Positions 12,821-22,603 of a stretch of DNA of 64,000 bases are shown piece after piece. Both the position numbers and the translations under genes were made by a program. The notes below the pieces were generated by a model that searched no databases, had not been told where the DNA came from, and worked only from the letters and a program-made list of their open reading frames with translations. Origin of the DNA: Tubulanus polymorphus (Eukaryota > Animalia > Nemertea); NCBI RefSeq assembly GCF_964204645.1, contig NC_134030.1, positions 14,818,110 through 14,882,109 on the forward strand, given 5' to 3'. The stretch's first letter is position 1. Each line of letters begins with the position of its first letter.

Positions 12821-13255
12821 TTAATAATTTATTAATTCTTTTAATAATTTATCTTGTTCTTCAACTGTTTTATGACCATTTAAACTTATGATATAATCTA
12901 GTGTGTTCTTTAATTTATTAATTTCTTTTATATTAGTTTTAATTATTTCTTTATTACTTTTTATATTTAATTTTGAACTTATACCAGTTAAAACACTTGA
13001 ACTTAATCCTAACACACCAATTGATATAGCTAAAGGTGTTAATGGACTGAATATTGCTAGAAATGTTATTACAGAACTTATTGTAACCGAACCACTTATA
13101 ATCAAATAATATATAATTTTACTTTTTAAATATTTTTTCTTTTTTATCTTTAAGTCACTTTCAAATTCTAATATTTGTTTTTCTAAATATATTTTTAATT
13201 TAGTTTTATTTATATCATGAGGAATAATATCAATACTATCAACTTTATCTTCCAT
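12821..13255 (-). CDS. Polinton two-TM membrane protein (144 aa)
   Basis: Intact ORF with two hydrophobic helices flanked by coiled coils; TAAATG start. Confidence 0.65.
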   Translation of the reverse strand: MEDKVDSIDIIPHDINKTKLKIYLEKQILEFESDLKIKKKKYLKSKIIYYLIISGSVTISSVITFLAIFSPLTPLAISIGVLGLSSSVLTGISSKLNIKSNKEIIKTNIKEINKLKNTLDYIISLNGHKTVEEQDKLLKELINY

Positions 13256-13273
13256 TTATTTAGAAAAAAAATA

Positions 13274-13696
13274 CTAATTAGTAAATTTATAAGCAACAAA
13301 TATAACAATAACAGTTCCACCTAAAATCCATATTATTTCATATTTCTGTTGTTCTTTACTCGGGGTATAATAATCTGATAATTTAGGTTTGTATAGATGT
13401 AATTTTTCTTTATTGGTTACCGCGTTATATAAACTCATTGCATCATCAACTGATTGAAAATATCTATGTGAAATCTTCTGATCATATAATTCTTTATTGA
13501 TGTAATACATATAGTTTTGTCGTTTTTCTCTATATTCTTCTGCAGCTTTATTGTATTTCTCTAACGCTAAGTTATGTCTTCTTTGTTCTCCTAATGAACT
13601 ATTTTTATCAATATGCTTGAATAAATATCCACCAGCAGTAAATGCCAAAGCGTTAACAATTGCCGATCCTATAATAGTTATAATTGCAGAAGCCAT
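13274..13696 (-). CDS. Conserved Polinton protein (140 aa) with hydrophobic N- and C-termini
   Basis: MASAIITIIGSAIVNALAF...EQRRHNLALEKY. Homologue starts at 63683. Confidence 0.7.
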   Translation of the reverse strand: MASAIITIIGSAIVNALAFTAGGYLFKHIDKNSSLGEQRRHNLALEKYNKAAEEYREKRQNYMYYINKELYDQKISHRYFQSVDDAMSLYNAVTNKEKLHLYKPKLSDYYTPSKEQQKYEIIWILGGTVIVIFVAYKFTN

Positions 13697-13713
13697 TTAT
13701 TTAGCAAAAATAA

Positions 13714-14641
13714 TTATGCATTTTTATGGGAGAAATAACCTAATATTTCTTCATCTTTTAAATCTTCAAATTTATAAACAAATGGTTTAGTTAATATTAT
13801 CTTTTTAATCTTGAATATTTCTTCAGTAAAATTTGGGGTATAACCTTTATAAAATGTTTTTCTATATTTAGATATTCTAACGTGTTGTCCTATTTTAAAT
13901 TTAGGTTCACCGAAATCATGTGTAACAAACGCACCATATAAATTATTCCAAACTATTTCCGAATTATCTTCTTTTCTAGCTTGTATAGGTTTCATATTTA
14001 TAGAACTATGTTTAGAATTATTATAACCTTTCAGCAAATCATCTAACACATCGATATATTTATATGTTTCATTAGCAGTAAAATATTTCCACATTCTAGT
14101 TTTCAATGTTTTATTAAATCTTTCTATAATAGATGCTTTTTTATCTGAGTGTGTTGAAAAATATTTTACATCGTTATCAGATAATAGTTTTTCAAAATGT
14201 TTTGTTATAGAATTCCTTACCTTCATCAAATTGTATCTTATCTGGAATAGCTTCTTTAAATATTGATTTAAAAGCATTTGTTACTTCTATACCAGTTTTA
14301 TTTTTGATTGGAATTGACCATGCGTATCTACTGAATATGTCTATAACATTCAGTATCCAGAAATATCCTTTGTTGTATTCCTCTAAGTTCTTCATATCAA
14401 TTAAATCTGCTTGCCACTGTTGATCGATATATGAAACCATAACTTTCCTTGTTAAATAAGTTTTATCCATTTTCTTGTGGATTTGATATGTTGGTTGATT
14501 TTGTAACCATAATCTTAATTCACTATATTTTATATCACAATTATCAGATTTAATTTTATTCCATAATTCTGAAACGTTAGAATATGATACTTCACTCTCT
14601 GGGTTATAATATAAATCTCTTAAATATTGTTCTTTTTTCAT
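13714..14641 (-). pseudogene. Polinton retroviral-like (rve/c-) integrase, frameshifted, chromodomain deleted
   Basis: YYNP, WQADLIDM, VIDIFSRYAW, QFDEGKEF, KASIIERFNKTLK, YNNSKHSSI, FKIGQHVRIS. Confidence 0.9.
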
Positions 14642-14647
14642 CTTATT

Positions 14648-15013
14648 TTAATCCATTAATAATAATTTAGATTTAGTTTCAATGACTTTATGATTTGACT
14701 TATTTTCTGGTATGACAGGTTTATCATCGGAATCATCTTTATCATCAGATTTGAATTTTGATTTATATATTACACCGGATAATATAATAACTGTTACTAA
14801 TCCAATTGTAATATATAGTTTATAATTACTTCCAGCATTAGAAGAATCAGATGGATTATTATTTGAATCAATATCAGATAATTTCTGTGATTCATTTATA
14901 TAAGTAAATTTCTTTTTCTTAGCTTTTTTTAATTCTGAAGATCTTTTGCCTAATTCTCTTGCCCATTTAATTTGTTTCTCAGATCTAGCCTTTTTCTTAA
15001 CTCCATCACTCAT
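14648..15013 (-). CDS. Polinton basic single-TM protein (121 aa)
   Basis: Intact ORF with one hydrophobic helix. Homologue at 52549-52910. Confidence 0.65.
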   Translation of the reverse strand: MSDGVKKKARSEKQIKWARELGKRSSELKKAKKKKFTYINESQKLSDIDSNNNPSDSSNAGSNYKLYITIGLVTVIILSGVIYKSKFKSDDKDDSDDKPVIPENKSNHKVIETKSKLLLMD

Positions 15014-15132
15014 TTATTTTAGTTAATTTTTGTTCTGATTCATTTTCTGTTTCGACGTTGGGTTGTAGTACATCTGTTTCGTTCTTACCTGATTTATATT
15101 CCATAGGCTTGATATTCGAAAATGTTATGACA

Positions 15133-15989
15133 GGTTTCATTATCTCTCTTCTCCACGATTTTCATTATAACGTTATGCGTTCCCCTTTCAAACAAACCAA
15201 ACACCCAAGTATCTTGGTGTCCGCTGCCTTTGTTGTATTTTCTTCTCTTCCCAAACAACGATTCATCTATCTCGGTAATTGTTTCGTCAACATCGCCTCT
15301 AACTTGTATCGGAGATTTCTCCACAGATCTGTGGCATATTTCCCTGTATTTGTCGAACCATTCCATTATGGTTTTCTGATTGATATGTGGTAATAATTTC
15401 TCTGCTTGGTAAACTTGGAGGTCTATTGCAAATGTGTATAGTATCATCATTAGATCCTTAAGAGGAAGTTTGGAGCCCTGAAAAAAGGCAATACATTTCT
15501 TTAGAAAAAGTGTTTTATATGGCCCGAAAATGATATTGCCATCTTTTTACATACAATTGGCTGACGCGCATTTTCATTGAGTTAAAATAGCCGGCTTGGC
15601 TTAAATGATGGTAAAATGTGTCGCAAAATGTTTCTGCGTTACAAAAAGACGTAAGTAACCAGTAGACTCACCTTGAAAATCGATTCGTGGCGAACAGATT
15701 TCACGGAATAACACAAGCCACATCTTCATACAAAACCATCGAGACAATCATTCTTTACTTTCAATTCCATTTGAACTTTACTACAGTTAATACACTCGAA
15801 GTTGTAACTTATAAGACCAAGAGACTTCATATAGCCAATTGCATCCATTTCAAGTGACCGAATTACTTCATAAATGCCAGGATTTTCGTCCATCTCTCTG
15901 TACTTTTGGCACTTTTTTACCCAGATAGGCCTCTGATGTCTCGATCTTATCTTCATAGATCTTACCAATAATAATGACCGCGTTGCCAT
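15133..15989 (-). pseudogene. Merlin (IS1595/IS1016-like) transposase, copy A: 2 exons, premature stop, C-terminus deleted
   Basis: Zn ribbon CINC..WRC, EIDESLFGKRRKYNKG and WVFG. A TGG>TGA change at 15726 relative to copy B. Fused to Polinton sequence at about 15132. Confidence 0.85.
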
Positions 15990-18900
15990 TAACAGCCATG
16001 TATTAATTAATTTTGAAAGAGCCAGTTCAAGTCCCGTAGCATTGGATATAGTGTTCCGCCCAAAATTACATTATAAAAAATGAATATTTAAGTTACATAG
16101 ACTTTTTAAACCAATTTGGTTTATAATAAAAGTGGCCATAAAAATCAGACGCCCACACCTAGTCCCTCAATTCCAGCCACTTTAAATAAGGGTAATCCCC
16201 TTAGACAAACAGTCCATCGATTCTCACGAGAGCGTATTTTCTCGCCCGATCGTGACGATCTCTCGGGTTAGACAAAATTTATACCCCGATAAGAGCGGGC
16301 ACGCGTAGCGATCAAACCGAAACTCTGACAACGTACGCCGGTTCAATAAAAGTGATATCAACAATGCATCCTATTGGTTGATAAAATGGATCGCGGGCGG
16401 ACGAGCGAATTAAAATAATCGGCCGAAAATATCAAACAATCGCCGGGCGATTGAGTCGGCCGACGACAAAGCTCTCCATTCTCATAAATATGTTTGCTTT
16501 TTTATCAAATCGTGAATTCGGCACTGAGATCAACATCATGAATTCTGTAAATGGTACAGACATTGATGGAATTCCGTATAAAATACATTATAGGCCTATT
16601 CAAAATTTTGATGTTTTCTTTCCATAGTTTCCAAGTGTGTGATATATGTCCGAAATATAGTTGTTTTTTATATAGTTTATTGTACAAAAACCTCAACTTT
16701 TTTATTATTATTATTATTATTATCTTTATTTCCTGTAAATTATAACAAGATATACAAAGTAAATGCAATGTAAACTTTGATTTATTATTGTGGTCTTCTA
16801 GCTGCTAATCACATTTTTAACTGGAAATTTGGTACTGTAAAAATTATTTGGGCGAAAAATACCCTAACTTCCTATTTTGTGATTGCCCCGCCCGGGAAAC
16901 CGGATGTTTTTTTGGTGTGGCCTAATTTTGCAGTGGTTTTCATTTCATTTCAAATATGAAAGCCCAAGGCAATTTGCATGCCGTCGTTAAGGTTAAACGA
17001 TCACTGTCTGAGAGAGATGCTGAACTGTTTTCCATAGCAACGAAACAACGGTTACAACAATTGTTAGTCATCGGCTCATTACTTGTCAAGTTTTCGTCTT
17101 CTCTGCTGTCAAGATGAGAGAAATCGTCCGTATTTGTCAGTCTGATGTGCAGCGAGTGTATCGCAAGTGTTGGAAAGAGAAGGTACCATGGAAAGATATT
17201 CTGCATCCTGATGTTTTTGAGTGGATCGAATGTTTCGCAATAGCCAAAAGTGCACCGATCAACATCACCGTGGGCGGAATTTTATCCGTGGTATCGAGTT
17301 TAGCTGGACCAAAATGTCGAATAGTGACTGCAGATATTACAACGCCTCTAAATACGTATATAATGAATATCTGCGAGGTTGGAGGGGGTAAATCGCGTGT
17401 TTACGACGAAGTGTTGTACGCTGCTGACCAGGAGCTGCAGCAAAAAGGTGAAAAAATTTCACTTCTTCTAGAAAAATATACAACCGCTGGAATTCACACG
17501 CACCAAAGTAAAAATAAAGGATACGGGATCATTGCTGGCGATGAAGGCATTCGAATCTTACAAGATATTAATTCAAAGCAACAACGTGGCGAGTCGGAAC
17601 GTGCCTTACTCAACAAACTTTGGGGGGGGGGGGGCCATGGCGATACAGCCTGTCTCTCATCAGGCAAGAGAGGTTTTGAAAATACGTGTATTTGCATGAA
17701 TATATTGATACAGCCTGGACCACTTCTTGATGAATTATCTATTGGTGCTGATGGCTTCTGGGACAGATTCCTGTTTTTGTGCTCGAAGCCACACATATTT
17801 ACCGCGGAGGAAACAAAAGAATTCTTCGACCGTCTTAAAAGATCAAGCGCCAGCTTTAAAGATTTTGTGAGGTCAGTGTATGATACGTTTAGACAAGGAC
17901 AGACAATGAAGCTTAGTCCAGATGCTGAGATAATCTTTGGTGCCATCAGGAACGACTACGCCTCTTATGTAAATCAGTTATACGCAACTGAATCCGATGA
18001 TGATGGTAAGTTAAATATTAAAATTCTTCAGAAATTTTGCTAAATTGATACTATTGAGGGGGTTTCTCATAAATCTAATACTAATGTTTTGTCTTATTAC
18101 AGATGAAAAAGAAAACTCGGCTGAAAGCATTCCAATTGTTACCAGCAAAGATACAATCCACATACTAAGATTATCTGGAATAATAAATGTATTGGAGAAA
18201 ACTTTGGTGAGTCTACTAGACAAAGAAAATCAAATTTCGACGGACAGTCTTATCACAATTGAAGCTCGGCACGTCAGGGCTGCACGGCAACTGTACCACT
18301 CAATGTCAATCGTACGACAAATTATGCTTCAAGTAAGTATAGATAATCGTGTGCTTTCAATTTCTAGTAAACAATAGGACCTTCATCAAATTTTTTCCAT
18401 AGGACAGGTGGTATCACGTTCGTGTGGTGTTGACAATCGACAATCGAAATGACCATTATTGTCGATGATATTTATCGTAACTTCGACAAATACAGTACAG
18501 GGTTTTGGCTTTTAACAATTATGTTATCTTTTCAGGCTGCTAAAAGATGCGAGACACAGGTTGCTAGAAAAGGTCCTTCACCAAAGACGTTTGGAGAAAA
18601 GGTGATCGCATTAGTTTGTCGCTCAAATGGACCTGTGATATCAGTCAGGACTATACAAAAGAGCATCGGACATGGGTGCACAACATTGCACATTCAAAGT
18701 AAGGTTGTTCAGAATCGAATGTTTCATAAGTCTATTTGATTCTTACAAGTATCCCGGTCCCTACGGCTAAAAAGAAATAGTTTGATTTAAAATTTGTGGT
18801 AAAATTTGTAATCAGTGCATTCTATATTGTTGGCTTGATCGTGATTTTTAAAATAATGTACAGGGTAGATAGGGTCAACTTATAATCTCAGCAGAAATGA

Positions 18901-19118
18901 GAAACAAGCGGCCAAACAAGCGGTTTGGCTATCAATCTTTTAGCCTCGCTATAATGCATCGATGAGTGGTGATGAAAGAGCCAGAGTATCTATCAATATT
19001 TCATCTCAAAATCATTAATTTTAAATAAACACCTCTAGCTTTTAAAAAAAACTCTAAGTTTGATTATTTGATAAATGTAGCTTATCAGTTGGTGTCAATG
19101 TATTTGTGTGATTTTATA
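15360..19118 (+). repeat. Near-identical direct duplication of 36315-40050
   Basis: ORF translations are the same in both copies; only a handful of substitutions and homopolymer indels are visible by eye. Confidence 0.95.
17114..18698 (+). pseudogene. DUF3987/YfjI-like (MCM-clade AAA+) ATPase gene, copy A, last exon lost
   Basis: Walker A EVGGGKS, TTAGI, Walker B AGDEG, LNKLWGG, IQP and DGFWDRFLF. Phase-compatible GT-AG exons at about 17114-18005, 18103-18332 and 18536-18698. Confidence 0.7.
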
Positions 19119-20410
19119 TCAGGGTAATCCACGCACACACACAGCCCCTCGATCCCAGCCACTTTATATCAGGGGTAATCCACGCAAAAACACAGCCCCT
19201 CAATCCCAGCCACCTTATTCAAGGGTAATCCATGCAAACACGCAGCCCCTCGATCCCAGCCACTTTATTCAAGGGTAATCCACGCAAATACACAGCCCTC
19301 GATCCCAGCCACATTATATCAGGGTAATCCACGCACACACACAGCCCCTCGATCCCAGCCACATTATATCAGGGTAATCCACGCACACACGCAGCCCCTC
19401 GATCCCAGCCACATTATATCAGGGTAATCCACGCACACACGCAGCCCCTCGACCCCAGCCACATTATATTAGGGTAATCCACGCACACACGCAGCCCCTC
19501 GATCCCAGCCACATTATATCAGGGTAATCCACGCACACACCCAGCCCCTCGATCCCAGCCACCTTATTCAAGGGTAATCCACGCAAACACGCAGCCCCTC
19601 GATCCCAGCCACATTATATAAGGATAATCCACGCACACACACAGCCCCTCGATCCCAGCCACATTATATCAGGGTAATCCGCGCAAACACACAGCCCCTC
19701 GATCCCAGCCACTTTATATCAGGGTAATCCGCGCAAACACGCAGCCCCTCGATCCCAGCCACTTTATATCAGGGGTAATCCACGCACACACACAGCCCCT
19801 CGATCCCAGCCACTTTATATCAGGGTAATCCACGCACACACCCAGCCCCTCGATCGCAGCCACTATCCACGCACACACACAGCCCCTCGATCCCAGCCAC
19901 TTTATATCAGGGTAATCCGCGCAAAAACACAGCCCCTCGATCCCAGCCACCTTATTCAAGGGTAATCCACGCACACACGCGGCCCCTCGATCCCAGCCAC
20001 ATTATATCAGGGTAATCCACGCACACACACAGCCCCTCGATCCCAGCCACATTATATCAGGGTAATCCGCGCAAACACACAGCCCCTCGATCCCAGCCAC
20101 TTTATATCAGGGTAATCCGCGCAAACACGCAGCCCCTCGATCCCAGCCACTTTATATCAGGGGTAATCCACGCACACACACAGCCCCTCGATCCCAGCCA
20201 CTTTATATCAGGGTAATCCACGCACACACCCAGCCCCTCGATCGCAGCCACTATCCACGCACACACACAGCCCCTCGATCCCAGCCACTTTATATCAGGG
20301 TAATCCGCGCAAAAACACAGCCCCTCGATCCCAGCCACCTTATTCAAGGGTAATCCACGCACACACGCGGCCCCTCGATCCGAGCCACTTTATATAATCC
20401 ACGCACATAC
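19115..20410. repeat. 50-bp minisatellite (about 26 copies) with a 388-bp higher-order duplication
   Basis: Unit AGGGTAATCCACGCACACACACAGCCCCTCGATCCCAGCCACTTTATATC. The identical ORFs 19714-19974 and 20102-20362 show the 388-bp period. Confidence 0.95.
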
Positions 20411-20657
20411 CCAAATTTTAAAATGCTGAGGTTAACGCTTCAACTGCTTTTCTGACAATTTTATCCTCTTCTCTCAGCCATGATCAGATGGATATGAAGT
20501 TTGAAACGTCGGACACAAACAGTTTTTATTAAATGAGACTCAAAGTAGTTAATTTAATTACAATTAGAAAATTGAGATTACATCTCATACATTATCGGTT
20601 ACTATCCGTTGAATTTTAATCACCAATGTACATTTTGAAAATGATATATTTATAGTC

Positions 20658-21210
20658 TCAATGCCGCACAATGTCTTTCATAATCGGCCAAAAAATATCC
20701 CCATTCGGTCTACCAAACCTATACCGATACACAAACTCATCCAAGTAGATACCAATTCTACCATGAAGAACTCCTTTCATCTTCTTGATTCTGCCTTTAG
20801 CAATCCCCCATAGGCCTTCAATGCCGTTTGTGCAGACTCCATCACTCGACTTGAATTCCAAAGAATGATTTACTACACCATGCTGATAATTATCACGGAG
20901 ACTCCTGTAAGCAGCCCACCCATCACTATATATGGTTGAACCATCCATCACATGTTTATGAATGATTGGCAAAAGGGTTTCATTATCTCTCTTCTCCACG
21001 ATTTTCATTAAAACGTTACGCGTTCCCCTTTCAAACAAACCAAACACCCAAGTATCTTGGTGTCCGCTGCCTTTGTTGTATTTTCTTCTTTTCCCAAACA
21101 ACGATTCATCTATCTCGGTAATTGTTTCGTCAACATCGCCTCTAACTTGTATCGGAGATTTCTCCACAGATCTGTGGCATATTTCCCTGTATTTGTCGAA
21201 CCATTCCATT
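20658..21210 (-). pseudogene. Merlin transposase copy B, catalytic C-terminal part (gene split by the P element)
   Basis: EIDES, YSDGWAAY, VNHS, TNGIEGLW and YLDEFVYR are the IS1595/Merlin DDE motifs. The gene continues at 36315-36944. Confidence 0.9.
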
Positions 21211-22129
21211 CACAGGGGTTTGGCGATGGGCTTGGATCGTGTTTTCTATGTGGTTGCTTGGATCGAGAAATCGAAAAAATTGAATATTTCCTTTACTCAC
21301 GAACGCTGCTCATCACAAACCCGGAAATGATTAGCGGAAGTATGTGGCAGTGTTGCGTCGAAATTTTACCGCAGGTGCTGTAACATAATTTTCGTTTTTC
21401 ATGAGTTGATCGCTGATAATCGTAATATACATTGAGAAAAATATGAAATGTTTTTCTAAAATACTACCTATCCAGTATCAAACATTCATATATTATCAGT
21501 CGCGTCTGACTATATAAAATCACAAGGGATGAAACGCCTTCAGAGTTGTGCCAGCCAGAAAGTTGGGACAGTCACGTGACTAACGCTTCTAATTTGCATA
21601 TCACTGACTGAATGCGAACCTTTTGTCATCACCGTCGGCGAGATGATGCTCAAGAATTCTGGGGTTTTCAATAGGAATTCAACGGGTGACCAGGCTCGCT
21701 GCTGTAAGCTGACCAAAATGTAGCTGTTTGAAGGAGGGGATTTCAAGGAAAATATCGGTGTTTTACCCTACCATCTGTTTATTAAACTCGAAATTTGCAT
21801 TGAGATAAGCACGTAAATAATCCGTGGGTATATTTAATCACTTCATTTTAGGCCGTTTTGATGTGATATTTGCATTTTTTTTGCGCTTTTGTACAGCGCG
21901 GCATGACGGCATGGCGCCGGTCATTTTCCTTTTCAAAAGTTTCAATGTGTCTGGCCGGGATGCATGAGTGCTCATTTGTTCTGTGCTGATTGTTATCTGC
22001 ATTTGCAATCTCACTGACTGACTCCGAATCAAAGTTTACTTTCCATTTTTGCCTGGTTTTAAACACCACTGACCCTTAAAACCACCCCTGTGCTTTTTAG
22101 CTAGGTTGTTCATTGCATCATTCATCTAG

Positions 22130-22603
22130 AACTCAAGTTTGATTCCATCAAGCAATTGAGCTGAAACTCCAATTTGATTCCATTGCACTATTTTGATCCG
22201 AAACCGCAATTTGATTCCATCACACAATTGAGCTGAAACCCCAATTTGATTCCATCACACAATTGATCTGAAACTCCAATTTGATTCCATCACACAATTG
22301 AGTTGAAACTCCAATTTGATTCCATCAAGCAATTGAGCTGAAACTCCAATTTGATTCCATCACACAATTGCTCTGAAACTCCAATTTGATTCCATTGCAC
22401 TATTTTGATCCGAAACCGCAATTTGATTCCATCACACAATTGATCTGAAACTCCAATTTGAGTCCATTGCACTATTTTGATCTGAAACCGCAAATTGATT
22501 CCATCACACAATTGATCTGAAACTCCAATTTGATTCCATTGCACTATTTTGATCTGAAACCGCAATTTGATTCCATCACACAATTGAGCTGAAACCCCAA
22601 TTT
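22130..22603. repeat. 35/37-bp minisatellite, about 13 copies
   Basis: Unit CCAATTTGATTCCATCACACAATTGAGCTGAAACT. It ends about 10 bp before the Pif1 ATG. Confidence 0.93.

Larger units (their letters stand above)
5500..15130 (-). mobile_element. Polinton/Maverick fragment (integrase and structural block)
   Basis: AT-rich, tightly packed minus-strand genes including integrase and major capsid protein. Homologous to 52000-53820 and 63650-64000. Confidence 0.9.

Noticed and set aside
5642-13790. Plus-strand hydrophobic ORFs (5642, 7835, 8563, 12903, 13551) and similar ones at 17494, 25237, 52524 and 53117
   Set aside because: They are antisense shadows of real genes on the opposite strand.
19714-20362. 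86-aa ORFs, and the 97-aa ORF at 22290-22583
   Set aside because: These are translations of minisatellite units.
19115-20410. CRISPR array (also considered for 22130-22603, 26387-26575 and 40678-40942)
   Set aside because: The units are head-to-tail with no unique spacers, there are no cas genes, and the context is eukaryotic with spliceosomal introns.
20658-21209. Bacterial IS1595 or contamination
   Set aside because: The gene has a GT-AG intron and is nested with eukaryotic elements, so it is a Merlin.
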